The notes under the pieces are model-generated. The model made no database searches, was not told the origin of the DNA, and saw nothing but the letters and a program-made list of their open reading frames with translations. The translations under genes were made by a program, and so were the position numbers. Below are positions 10,642-19,987 of a DNA stretch of 64,000 bases, piece by piece; the first letter of the stretch is position 1; each line of letters opens with the position of its first letter. Source of the DNA: a virus (taxonomy: Duplodnaviria; Heunggongvirae; Uroviricota; Caudoviricetes); the IMG/VR virus record IMGVR_UViG_3300035492_000070; one strand, written 5' to 3'.

Positions 10642-10986
10642 ATGCTACCCTTAAACGAATTTATTGAACTACAAGAAGATCTTAACTTGGTTCTAGAATC
10701 AGAACAGACTGAATTTACCGATGAACAAATTGAGAAGGCAGAATATTTTGACTTGAAATGGAATCCTGTTTCTGGTGGTACGAAACTTTGCATTTACGAT
10801 GAGTCGGGTGAAGCTTTGGCATTCGTCGAATATCCAGATGAGGACATTGCTATCGAAATGGCATTAGAAATGTTTGATTTCGACGAAGAAGATGTTCGCG
10901 ATATGGAATCTTACCGTTGGGCTAATAGTGACAACCTAGACGACCGTAAATGGGACGCATTACAAGACGACGGAACATCGGAATGA
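10642..10986 (+). CDS. hypothetical acidic protein
   Basis: ORF only. Confidence 0.3.
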   Translation: MLPLNEFIELQEDLNLVLESEQTEFTDEQIEKAEYFDLKWNPVSGGTKLCIYDESGEALAFVEYPDEDIAIEMALEMFDFDEEDVRDMESYRWANSDNLDDRKWDALQDDGTSE

Positions 10987-11315
10987 GGCTACTAATCATT
11001 CCATTAGTAACAATCTTCTTGTTAGCTTGTCAACCCAAGGAAAGTAATATCAACCCTGAATGGGATAGACAAGGACAAGAAATTGTCACCGTGTCTAAGT
11101 TTTATGATAACAAACACCAACTTCACAGTGCTCTAGAGAAAAGGCTAGGTAGAGATATTGATCCTGGTCTAGTTGGCTTGGCTATTATGAGTCCAAATGA
11201 TAACTTCTGCGAAATATTCAGTCTAAAACCTAACCGTATTGACGATGACGCAACTCTAACCTATGGTCACGAGGCACTTCATTGCGTGTACGGTCGCTAC
11301 CATCCCGAAAAATAA
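10983..11315 (+). CDS. small lipoprotein with HExxH motif
   Basis: MRLLIIPLVTIFLLAC lipobox signal; C-terminal YGHEALHCVYG; internal Met start chosen because the lipobox follows immediately. Confidence 0.4.
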   Translation: MRLLIIPLVTIFLLACQPKESNINPEWDRQGQEIVTVSKFYDNKHQLHSALEKRLGRDIDPGLVGLAIMSPNDNFCEIFSLKPNRIDDDATLTYGHEALHCVYGRYHPEK

Positions 11316-11318
11316 ATG

Positions 11319-11371
11319 TTGACAACCTGTTCTAGTTCATATATCGTAAAAGTGTTATGAACTAGAACAGG
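11319..11371 (+). promoter_or_regulatory. sigma70-like promoter overlapped by a perfect 15-bp inverted repeat
   Basis: ttgaca-N17-tatcgt; cctgttctagttcat ... atgaactagaacagg. Confidence 0.35.
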
Positions 11372-11379
11372 ACTTTGTT

Positions 11380-11652
11380 ATGAAAAATATTCAAATTTTA
11401 TCCACTGCTTTACACCACGTTAACCCTTTACACTTAATTCCACTGAAAGATGACTCTTATGACGAGTTCTCTAAAGTCTATCTTTTTAACGTTGACCAAA
11501 TAAGCGCAGCGACTTTGGCGGCTTATCTTACTCGTACTTTTAATGTTGAGCATTACTTACCTAACCTAATTGATGATTGTGGTAAGGTGTTAGAGCTTTA
11601 CATTAACAACGTCACAGAAAAATGTGAACTTCAACTTGACTTGTTGAACTAA
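11380..11652 (+). CDS. hypothetical protein
   Basis: ORF only. Confidence 0.3.
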   Translation: MKNIQILSTALHHVNPLHLIPLKDDSYDEFSKVYLFNVDQISAATLAAYLTRTFNVEHYLPNLIDDCGKVLELYINNVTEKCELQLDLLN

Positions 11653-11700
11653 GTCATTTACCATAGTTTTGTTACTAATAACATGAAGAGGTGAAATTTT

Positions 11701-12234
11701 ATGAAAGGTACAACTAAGTTAATTCGCGATGCTCACGGTCTTATCAACAACCGCGGTAAGTCAAAATACTGGGGTGTCACTACAGGTTTAGACGCAGAGA
11801 AAAATTATGAAGATATGTTTGTTGTATCTTATAAGGCTTTGGATTTAGACCAAACCCATACACTTCGACCGCATCGTTTCCGTTTTACTGAAGCTGATGC
11901 TGCCCGTGTAGCAGCTTATGTTCACGCCAAAGGCCAAATGTTTAAGAATTTATCAAATACTGATTGTATTTTATCAGCTGATGGTAAGTATGTATTTCAA
12001 GTATTCCGTGGGTCCAACGAAGTTTATCGACAGAAATACAAAAATCAAATTCTTTGGAATCCGCCTATTAACGTTACGCTTGTAACAGCAGATGAACCTA
12101 CCGCACAAGTCGAAACTCCAATGTTTGACGCGACTGACTCGTTCCCGTTAATTGTTAAGGTTATTTCTAAAATGCGTTTAACTAACGACCAATGTGACGC
12201 GTTAGCAGCATTAATCCAATCCAAGCGGACCTAA
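11701..12234 (+). CDS. hypothetical protein
   Basis: ORF with SD gaagagg. Confidence 0.35.
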   Translation: MKGTTKLIRDAHGLINNRGKSKYWGVTTGLDAEKNYEDMFVVSYKALDLDQTHTLRPHRFRFTEADAARVAAYVHAKGQMFKNLSNTDCILSADGKYVFQVFRGSNEVYRQKYKNQILWNPPINVTLVTADEPTAQVETPMFDATDSFPLIVKVISKMRLTNDQCDALAALIQSKRT

Positions 12235-12243
12235 ATACAAATG

Positions 12244-12270
12244 AGAGGAGTTGAAGCTCCTCTCATTTTC
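12244..12270 (+). terminator. rho-independent terminator
   Basis: gagaggagttgaagctcctctc + attttctgtt. Confidence 0.6.
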
Positions 12271-12311
12271 TGTTATAAACAGCACAACTGATTCACAAAG
12301 AGGAAAAACAA

Positions 12312-13229
12312 ATGCTGTTATCTGATAAAGAATATCGTTATAGTGAAATATTCGGCCAAACAATTCAGGGCGAGGGTTATTATACAGGTGTGCCCACTGC
12401 TTGGCTTCGTTTGTTTAGCTGTAATTTAGAATGTAAAGGCTTTGGGCAAAAAGACCCCACGGATCCTAGCACTTACGATTTACCTGCCGAAAATCTTGAC
12501 GTGTCTAACATTACTCGCATGGAAGACTTACCTGTATTCGAGCGTGGGTGTGATAGCTCATATTCATGGTCTAAGAAATTCCGTCACTTAGCATATAAAG
12601 CCAATGCTGCTACTATTGCTGAGCGTATCATCGACACTCTTAAAACTGAACATAACCCAGAAGGGTTGTTTAACATGAAAAACGGTGCTGAGATTCATTT
12701 AGCCTTTACTGGCGGTGAACCTATGATGCAACAAGATGCTATTGTTGACGTTTTGTCTTATATGGTTGACATTGACAATTATCCTCGGTTCGTGACTATC
12801 GAAACCAACGGTACTCAACATATTACTCAAAATTTCAAGGACTTTTTTAGTCGTCATTGGGATATTGAGTTGCTTTTTTCTATTAGCCCGAAGCTGTTCA
12901 ACGTTTCAGGTGAAAAAAATAGTAAAGCGATTCGTCCTAAAGTGATTCATGAATACTATGAATTTGCTGATATGGCTTATTTAAAATTCGTTCTAAATGG
13001 CAATGACGCAGCGTGGGCAGAGCTCGATGAAGTTATGAACAGTATTGGGTACAATGAGAGTGGTAAATTTACTCTATACCAATTACCTGTATGGATCATG
13101 CCTGTTGGTGCCACAGTTGAGGGTCAGGAAATTACGGCAGCAACTGTCGCGCGTAAAGCAATTTCACGTGGGTATAACGTAGCAGTTCGCGCCCATACCT
13201 ACTTATTTTCAAATGCAATGGGAACCTAA
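12312..13229 (+). CDS. queE: 7-carboxy-7-deazaguanine synthase QueE (radical SAM)
   Basis: IFGQTIQGEGYYTGVPTAWLRLFSCNLEC matches E. coli QueE N-terminus FQTLQGEGYFTGVPAIFIRLQGC. Confidence 0.8.
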   Translation: MLLSDKEYRYSEIFGQTIQGEGYYTGVPTAWLRLFSCNLECKGFGQKDPTDPSTYDLPAENLDVSNITRMEDLPVFERGCDSSYSWSKKFRHLAYKANAATIAERIIDTLKTEHNPEGLFNMKNGAEIHLAFTGGEPMMQQDAIVDVLSYMVDIDNYPRFVTIETNGTQHITQNFKDFFSRHWDIELLFSISPKLFNVSGEKNSKAIRPKVIHEYYEFADMAYLKFVLNGNDAAWAELDEVMNSIGYNESGKFTLYQLPVWIMPVGATVEGQEITAATVARKAISRGYNVAVRAHTYLFSNAMGT

Positions 13230-13231
13230 AA

Positions 13232-13819
13232 ATGGCTATTCGTGTTAAATCTACAAAAACTTTCCAAAACTTACCTTGCGCTCATGGTCAATATTTTGAT
13301 ATGACTCCTGGTGGCGAACCTGGTCATTGTGCATCGCTGCATGGTTATGACCGTGAAGTTACTTTGACATTCTCTGGTGAGATTGACGAGCATGGTTGGA
13401 TTTACCCGTTCGGTGATTTGAAAGAAGTAAAAAACTTTCTTGAATATTATTTTGACCACGTTACTGTATTGGCAGCAGATGATCCGCGTTTAGAATCTAT
13501 TCCAGAACAGATGTTAATGCCGGGCGGTATTTTAGGCACTCTTCGAGTGTTACCTTACGGGGTGAGCATGGAGATGTCAGCATTATTTGCATGGGAGATG
13601 ATTAACCCATACATTTACCATACCAGTGGTGGTCGAGTATTCTTAGAAAAAGTTGAGTTCCGTGAGCATGATCGTAACTCTGCCTTTATCGAAGTTGATC
13701 AAGAAACCGCTGTAAATCAAGCGAATAAGTTTAAATCTACTGCTAACTTTATGGAATTGAATCCAGTGTGGAATTTCGTTGCTCCTAAGGTAGCAAAAAA
13801 GAATTTAGAAAATTCATAA
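13232..13819 (+). CDS. queD: 6-carboxytetrahydropterin synthase QueD-like
   Basis: HCASLHGY...GEIDEHGWIYPFGDLKEV...FDHV parallels QueD CGRLHGHSF...GEVDPHTGWIIDFAELK...LDHHYL. Confidence 0.7.
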   Translation: MAIRVKSTKTFQNLPCAHGQYFDMTPGGEPGHCASLHGYDREVTLTFSGEIDEHGWIYPFGDLKEVKNFLEYYFDHVTVLAADDPRLESIPEQMLMPGGILGTLRVLPYGVSMEMSALFAWEMINPYIYHTSGGRVFLEKVEFREHDRNSAFIEVDQETAVNQANKFKSTANFMELNPVWNFVAPKVAKKNLENS

Positions 13820-13836
13820 TTTTTTAAAAATAGGTG

Positions 13837-13877
13837 TTGACATGCTATGTCGTAGGTATTAATATTACGACATAGCA
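13837..13877 (+). promoter_or_regulatory. sigma70-like promoter TTGACA-N17-TAATAT with 11-bp palindrome gctatgtcgta/tacgacatagc across the -10
   Basis: seen directly; upstream of the HTH gene. Confidence 0.45.
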
Positions 13878-13900
13878 ACAAACAACCTAAACAACGTGAA

Positions 13901-14341
13901 ATGAGGTACTATACTATGAACACAATCAATACTCCAATCGCACAAGAAGTTAAACTGGCAATCGCAGTAGAGTTCGTAAAAGCACAAACTAAACCAGCAG
14001 CACTAGCTGTCCAGTTTGGTGTTAGTGAGTCAACGGTACGCCGGGCAATTAAAACACTGGAAGCAGAAGCGAAAGCGGTAATTGCACAAGAGCAAGCACC
14101 GAAAAAAGCTAAGCGCGCCAGCAAGGCAGAAGTTATTCCAACTGGCCCTAAAGGTTACAAAGGTCGTAACGGTCGGTGGGGCGTATTGAACGTGATGTTT
14201 GCAAAACACGAAGAATATGCTACACGGGCAGAGCTTTACGAAGCGGTTAACAAAGAGTGCGTAGCAGTGGGTCTAACCAAACTGAATAAAAATAGCTTCC
14301 ACGCAATGTTTTCAATTTGGAAAAGGTCTCAAGCAGTTTAA
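13901..14341 (+). CDS. HTH DNA-binding protein, putative regulator
   Basis: AVQFGVSESTVRRAIKTL helix-turn-helix; basic C-terminus. Confidence 0.4.
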   Translation: MRYYTMNTINTPIAQEVKLAIAVEFVKAQTKPAALAVQFGVSESTVRRAIKTLEAEAKAVIAQEQAPKKAKRASKAEVIPTGPKGYKGRNGRWGVLNVMFAKHEEYATRAELYEAVNKECVAVGLTKLNKNSFHAMFSIWKRSQAV

Positions 14342-14356
14342 AATCAGATATAAATT

Positions 14357-14391
14357 GAAGAAAGGGTCAATAGGCCCTTTCTTATTTTCAA
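14357..14391 (+). terminator. rho-independent terminator
   Basis: gaagaaagggtcaataggccctttctt + attttc; overlaps the ORF-track start of the next gene. Confidence 0.6.
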
Positions 14392-14402
14392 GGAGAAACG
14401 AA

Positions 14403-15677
14403 TTGAATTTCGAGTACGTAGCGAGCGGTCTTGGACATACAAGAATTTTACAAAAATCGGTTGTAGAAGGCGGTGGTGCAGCAAAAATCAACGACATGAT
14501 TTCTTTAATGCAAGGAAAGCACGGTCATGGTTACAGCTGCCTTTTTAATGCACATACAGAAAAAGGTTTTGGTGCCGTTATAGAACGATCATATCCGGGT
14601 TGGTGTTCTGTGCATTCTGACTCAGGTGGTCTACAGATTATCACTCAAGGTTTGACTATTGATGACGCAATGAAAGAGTCGGTTTACGAGTACCAATCTA
14701 AGTGGTCCGACGTAGGTATGAGTTTTGACGAAATCCCTATTCAGTTGACCGGAGAAACTTCTAGTCGAAATGACGTTGACAATCGTTTCTTTGATGATTC
14801 CAATTATTTAGAATATGCCCGTTTAACAGGGGTCAACATTACCAAACAGATAGAATACTTTCTTAATAACCCAACCAATAGATGTAAGCCTTTATTGATT
14901 ATTCAGGGCAATTGCGTAGACACATATCGACGTTGGAATGATATGCTACTTAAAACAATTCCTTCAGACTTACATCAGTATATCGGTGGTATTTCTTTAG
15001 GGGCGGCGGGCTTAGGTACAGGACCATTAGAAGACATTGAACGCATGTTCGCTTTCACTCAATTAGAAGCCCCTGACCATGTCAAATCTAAGCTTCACAT
15101 CCTAGGCGTTGGTTCATCGGTTCGGTTGTTGCCTGCGATTATGCTTAAACGGAATGGCTTAATTGCTGATGTACATACCTCGTATGATTCCACTACCCAT
15201 ACCTCAGGTGTGAATATGGGCAATTTCTATTCATACGCAGAGAAGCGATTGACGTCATTCCCAATTAATTACTCTAACCAAACGCGATATGTTCTTGATA
15301 ACATCAAAGAGTATTTTGGTTTAGACTTCGACCCACAATTCTATATTGACTCTTTAAAATCAAACAATGCAAAATTCAGTGCTAAATATGGTGACTGTAA
15401 TGAATTGGCTGATAAGCGCGCACAGGCAATATTTGGTTTCGTTGGCGCGTCAATTTTAAATTTTACTCGTTATATTGACGAATTGGTTAAAGACGAGTAT
15501 ACTTTAACTGAACTGATACAGCGTAAGCGTTTACTCCCTATGCTACATCTACAAGACGTCGTTGATATGGCGTCATGGAAGAAATGGGAATCGAATTTTG
15601 GTAAGCGCGTCCCTAGTAAACGGGTCAAGAAAGTTTCCGATAAACAAGGTTCAAATTCGTTATTTGATTTTTTATAA
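14403..15677 (+). CDS. dpdA: DpdA-like 7-deazaguanine DNA transglycosylase (TGT family)
   Basis: HSDSGGLQ (TGT DSGGFQ), LHILGVGSS (TGT LMGVGTP), ADVHTSYDS (TGT DMFDCV region); TTG start with SD aaggag chosen because ORF-track start lies inside the upstream terminator. Confidence 0.65.
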   Translation: MNFEYVASGLGHTRILQKSVVEGGGAAKINDMISLMQGKHGHGYSCLFNAHTEKGFGAVIERSYPGWCSVHSDSGGLQIITQGLTIDDAMKESVYEYQSKWSDVGMSFDEIPIQLTGETSSRNDVDNRFFDDSNYLEYARLTGVNITKQIEYFLNNPTNRCKPLLIIQGNCVDTYRRWNDMLLKTIPSDLHQYIGGISLGAAGLGTGPLEDIERMFAFTQLEAPDHVKSKLHILGVGSSVRLLPAIMLKRNGLIADVHTSYDSTTHTSGVNMGNFYSYAEKRLTSFPINYSNQTRYVLDNIKEYFGLDFDPQFYIDSLKSNNAKFSAKYGDCNELADKRAQAIFGFVGASILNFTRYIDELVKDEYTLTELIQRKRLLPMLHLQDVVDMASWKKWESNFGKRVPSKRVKKVSDKQGSNSLFDFL

Positions 15678-15679
15678 GG

Positions 15680-16078
15680 TTGAACGTTATGTTAAAAAAG
15701 AAAAATATGATGATAGCAGTAACCTTCCAAAAAGAAGGCATTCACTGCTATCCACAAGCATTAACTGATCCTAAACTTGCTACTGGTAATGCCGATGATG
15801 TAAGTTTTTTAGGTTACCCTCATAGACATATTTTTTATTTCAAAGTAAAGATTCAAGTTTTTGAAGAGGATCGTGATTTAGAGTTTATTCAAGTTAAAAG
15901 ACAACTAGAAAACTGGTATAACACGAATACATTACAATTAGATTATAAGTCATGTGAAATGATTTCTGATGATTTAGCTCTAAAAATTCAGGACACTTGG
16001 CCTGGAAGAAATGTAGAGATTCATGTATATGAGGATAACGAAAACGGTTCCGAATCATTTTATGAATGGGTTGAGTAA
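15680..16078 (+). CDS. hypothetical protein within deazaguanine cluster
   Basis: ORF only; HCYP...GYPHRH. Confidence 0.3.
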   Translation: MNVMLKKKNMMIAVTFQKEGIHCYPQALTDPKLATGNADDVSFLGYPHRHIFYFKVKIQVFEEDRDLEFIQVKRQLENWYNTNTLQLDYKSCEMISDDLALKIQDTWPGRNVEIHVYEDNENGSESFYEWVE

Positions 16079-17409
16079 TGGCTAAGAAAAGATTATTATA
16101 TGTTATTGCATCTCAACATTTAAAAGTGGCTGGTGGTATTGGGCAATTTCTACGTGGCTTACAGGACTTTCAATATGAAATGGATCTGATTGTTGACGTT
16201 GCTATGGACCAAGCACCGAATGAAAAACAAAAATCATTTGTCCGGGGTAAGATTGTTTACCCCGATCAATCTTTATCTTACGGTGACCATAGAAAGTTTT
16301 TCGTGTTCAAAGATTCAATTTGTCATGAGTTGGTTACTAATTTTAGAAATGTTATCACTAAAGCATTTAAACATAACCTTTATACCCATGTTGTGCTGAA
16401 TACACCTGAAGCAAACATCGCAGCACAATCCTTAGGGTTAAAGAATGTGAAAGTTATTACTTACTCGCATCAAGAGTCTTACACCTTAGATGTCCCTGCT
16501 TGCTACTCTAGCCCTACATTCAGTCCCGAGTATCTGCATATTATCCGAAATCTTGATGGTATCGGTATTGGTTGTCAATCAGCATGGGTAGAGTCATGTG
16601 TGAAAAAGTTTAGTCCTAATGTAGAGTCTTATGTACTACCATTCTTTTTCCCTAAAGACGAGACCCCTACAGTCAACCAAAATGGGACAGGTGTACTTTT
16701 CATTGGTCGATGGGAAGATCGTAAAAACCCCAAGGCGTTCATTAAGCTGATCGCTGATACTAAGCTACCTGCTAAAGTCTTGACTAATAAAACTGGTCAT
16801 AAGAAATTTGAAGAAGCTTTAAAGGAAATAGATGCAACATATGAAATCCGTTCTGATATTATAGGCCAAGAGAAAACAGATTTTATTTCTTCTGCTAAAA
16901 TTGCATTTTGTCCTAATAAAGTAGAAACCGGGCCTTACTCTGTTTTTGAGTCTATGCTAAGAATGCCAACGGTTGTCCCGTCCAATGTAGGTTGGATCAA
17001 TAACTTCAACGGTTACCCTGTTGTTATCGTAGATTTAAAATCCAGCGACTGCGCGAGCAAGGTTCTAGAGTTATACAACTCAAATAAACCTTACAGTCCG
17101 CCTAAAATCGAAGATCTAAATAATGTGGCACTAGAAGCTTGGTCGGAATTCATTAACTGTGTGTATGATGAGACTAAATCTGTGATGTCTTATAAGAACG
17201 CTATTATGAGTCAAATACAGACAGGTAAACAGTTCAAACCTATTGACTTAATCCCTGATTCAATCTACAATCAGACTTCACTGAACCAACTGACCGAAGT
17301 TTTCTTATGTAACGATGTTAACGTGTCGTATGATGAAAATAATACCTATATTTCAATGGGTGATATAAAACCGGAGTCAGTTGAAACTGAGATAGTGACA
17401 TTATTTTAA
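16078..17409 (+). CDS. GT-B glycosyltransferase (GT4-like)
   Basis: FIGRWEDRKNPKAFIKL; E-x7-E motif ETGPYSVFESM. Confidence 0.6.
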   Translation: MAKKRLLYVIASQHLKVAGGIGQFLRGLQDFQYEMDLIVDVAMDQAPNEKQKSFVRGKIVYPDQSLSYGDHRKFFVFKDSICHELVTNFRNVITKAFKHNLYTHVVLNTPEANIAAQSLGLKNVKVITYSHQESYTLDVPACYSSPTFSPEYLHIIRNLDGIGIGCQSAWVESCVKKFSPNVESYVLPFFFPKDETPTVNQNGTGVLFIGRWEDRKNPKAFIKLIADTKLPAKVLTNKTGHKKFEEALKEIDATYEIRSDIIGQEKTDFISSAKIAFCPNKVETGPYSVFESMLRMPTVVPSNVGWINNFNGYPVVIVDLKSSDCASKVLELYNSNKPYSPPKIEDLNNVALEAWSEFINCVYDETKSVMSYKNAIMSQIQTGKQFKPIDLIPDSIYNQTSLNQLTEVFLCNDVNVSYDENNTYISMGDIKPESVETEIVTLF

Positions 17410-17417
17410 GGAATGGT

Positions 17418-18434
17418 ATGAGTAAAATATTTTTGGTTGAGTTGGAGAGTGTACCTACACGGTATACTTTCTATTGGAAAACGCATTTGCCTAAAATGCT
17501 CAAAGAAAAAACGGGTAAAGAAATAGTAGTTATTTCTGGTAATGACGGTTCCGGTATCGAGGCAACGACCGGTGCGTTTTTAAACTTTTCAGAAACGAAC
17601 AAATTCAAATCAGAGCAGGCCATAGAAATATCAAATTCATTCACTCAAGGTAAAGTTGAGGATGGCGATATATTCTTATTCGCTGATGCCTGGAACCCCG
17701 TGATTATCCAAACCCGTTATATGATTGATCTATTAGGGGTTGATGCTAAAATTGCGGGTATATGGCATGCAGGTAGTTATGACCCCGCGGATTTTCTGGG
17801 TCGGTTAATCGACAATAAAGAATGGTCTTATTCCTTTGAGCGTTCATTATACCATTCTATGGACTTCAACTTTTTTGCTACCGCTTTTCATATGCAAATG
17901 TTTAACTATACTTTGGGTATAGAGTCTTATAAATCGTATCTTACAGGGTTTCCAATGGAATATATGCTTGACGTATGTTCTAACAACCCAGAAAAGGATT
18001 TGATCGTATTCCCTCACCGACCGTCAGTAGAAAAGAACATTGATGTGTTTCGTAAGGTGGCTGAACTGTTACCACAATATAAATTTGTAGTCTGTCAAGA
18101 TAAGAAATTGACGAAAACAGAATACTACGATATAATGTCAAGAGCAAAAATAGTATTTTCTGCAAATACACAAGAAACATTGGGCATTTCTATGATGGAA
18201 GGATTATTATCAGGTGCCCGTATTATGGTCCCTGATTGCTTGTCTTACAATGAAATGTATGATACCGCGTTTAAATATGATCCTAGTTATAGAGAAAACC
18301 CTGAGGCTTTGGCATCTATCATAAAATCTATAATGGATAAACCTTTAGATTCTAACTCAATCCGTAAGGAATCTATGAGGGTTTATAAAGATTATTTCAC
18401 GGGCGATACTATGTATCGTATTTTATCAAATTGA
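17418..18434 (+). CDS. GT-B glycosyltransferase, second copy
   Basis: E-x7-E motif ETLGISMMEGLLSGARIMVP; FPHRPSVEKNIDVF. Confidence 0.5.
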   Translation: MSKIFLVELESVPTRYTFYWKTHLPKMLKEKTGKEIVVISGNDGSGIEATTGAFLNFSETNKFKSEQAIEISNSFTQGKVEDGDIFLFADAWNPVIIQTRYMIDLLGVDAKIAGIWHAGSYDPADFLGRLIDNKEWSYSFERSLYHSMDFNFFATAFHMQMFNYTLGIESYKSYLTGFPMEYMLDVCSNNPEKDLIVFPHRPSVEKNIDVFRKVAELLPQYKFVVCQDKKLTKTEYYDIMSRAKIVFSANTQETLGISMMEGLLSGARIMVPDCLSYNEMYDTAFKYDPSYRENPEALASIIKSIMDKPLDSNSIRKESMRVYKDYFTGDTMYRILSN

Positions 18435-18486
18435 CAATTAACAAGAGTCATGTTTTAATATGACTCTTTCAACAGAAGGAAATAAC

Positions 18487-19164
18487 ATGAGTAAAGTTAA
18501 CGCTGAACTAGGCAAAGAAGTCCATGCTTACCTGGTATCTAAAGGTATTGAAACCCCTATGGTTAACGTGTCGATGGATGAGCAAGATAAAATTGCCTAC
18601 ATTGAAAGTAAAATGACAGACGTCATGACTGCGTTAGGTTTAGACCTAAAAGACGATTCTTTAATCGAAACACCTAAACGCATTGCCAAGATGTATGTTC
18701 AGGAATTGTTCTACGGTTTAGACTATAACAAGTTCCCGAAAGCAACTACCGTAGAAAACAAAATGAACTACGATGAAATGGTTATTGAGCGATGCACGAT
18801 TAAATCGGTATGTGAACACCACTTCGTTTATTTTGGTACTGCACACAATACAGAAAAGCTGGGTTGTTATGTTGCCTATATGCCTAAAGATAAAGTATTG
18901 GGCCTAAGCAAGATTAACAGAATTGTTGACTTCTTCGCACGTCGACCACAGATTCAAGAGCGTTTGACTGCCCAAATTGCTTATGCACTTGAGTATATTT
19001 TAGGCACTGAAGATATTGCGGTTGTTATGAAGTCACAGCACTTCTGCGTATTAACTCGCGGCGTACAAGATGCGGACAGTAATTGTACCACGTCTTATGT
19101 CGGTGGCCGTTTCCGTCAAGACCCTGCACTGAAAGCAGAGTTAATGTCATTCCTGAACAAGTAA
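18487..19164 (+). CDS. folE: GTP cyclohydrolase I FolE
   Basis: TPKRIAKMY, CEHHFV zinc motif, GLSKINRIVDFFARRPQIQERLT; ATG with SD aaggaa chosen (track start 18460). Confidence 0.85.
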   Translation: MSKVNAELGKEVHAYLVSKGIETPMVNVSMDEQDKIAYIESKMTDVMTALGLDLKDDSLIETPKRIAKMYVQELFYGLDYNKFPKATTVENKMNYDEMVIERCTIKSVCEHHFVYFGTAHNTEKLGCYVAYMPKDKVLGLSKINRIVDFFARRPQIQERLTAQIAYALEYILGTEDIAVVMKSQHFCVLTRGVQDADSNCTTSYVGGRFRQDPALKAELMSFLNK

Positions 19165-19173
19165 GAGGTTATC

Positions 19174-19863
19174 ATGAATTTGAATCGTTTAACTGAACAG
19201 ATTAATGAAGTTGTCAAATGGAACTTGGTTTCGCTTAATGGTAAACATGATTTTAGTGACGATAAAAAAGCACGTCAGAATGATTTTACTATTTCCGAAG
19301 TAAAAGAAACACTGGCTGCTATTGCCCAGGACGATATTAAAGAAGTATTCGACGGTTTAGGTGACGTATTGGTTACCTACGCATATCGAGTGTTCTTACA
19401 ATACGAAGAAGCACCTACCTTACACGAACTCGACGAGTTTAACTCTATAGACACTTTTAACCAGTGCGAATGGAAGTGGATAAACGTAATTCAGTCCCTA
19501 AACACTATTGCTTGGGCTATCGACTGTAATTTTCATTGGCACGATTCAAGTGAATCTTGGTATAACCTAACAGAGTTGCTAGCTACCGCTGAACAGGTTT
19601 ATACTCAAATGGATATTCATGATGCCATTGACGAAGTGTTGCGTTCTAACTGGAGTAAATTTGTCAAGTTAGATGTTGGTACTGATATTAATGCGCTTGA
19701 AAGTGAATGTCGTTGGATTGAAGCTAACCGTGGTAAGAGCAACGTTTTCTATTCTATTGTTGAATTGGATGACGGTTCTCGTTATGCTGTATTCCGTGAC
19801 GATCACGGTAAAGGCAAAATTATGAAGCCTTCCGTATTCCAAGAGGTAGTTCTACCTCTGTAA
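19174..19863 (+). CDS. MazG-like NTP pyrophosphohydrolase
   Basis: SEVKETLAAIAQDD-IKEVFDGLGDVLVTYAY fits the MazG E-x2-E...E-x-D-GDVL motif. Confidence 0.55.
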   Translation: MNLNRLTEQINEVVKWNLVSLNGKHDFSDDKKARQNDFTISEVKETLAAIAQDDIKEVFDGLGDVLVTYAYRVFLQYEEAPTLHELDEFNSIDTFNQCEWKWINVIQSLNTIAWAIDCNFHWHDSSESWYNLTELLATAEQVYTQMDIHDAIDEVLRSNWSKFVKLDVGTDINALESECRWIEANRGKSNVFYSIVELDDGSRYAVFRDDHGKGKIMKPSVFQEVVLPL

Positions 19864-19987
19864 TTATAAAGTCGCTTAGAGTTAACAAATCTAATTCTAA
19901 GCGACTCTTATCATGAAGTAATACCTACGTTCGTATTTTCATTAAAAGTCTGTTAGAATTAGCGACAGGCTTTTCTAGGAGTATATA

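Noticed and set aside
14355-14402. ORF-track start of the DpdA-like gene, and likewise 38280 for the vWA gene
   Set aside because: Both proposed starts lie inside rho-independent terminator hairpins of the upstream genes. Downstream starts with good SDs (TTG 14403, ATG 38328) were used.
15562-16399. Small overlapping ORFs 15562..15768 and 16190..16399
   Set aside because: They lie inside the dpdA and glycosyltransferase coding regions in other frames and have no RBS.
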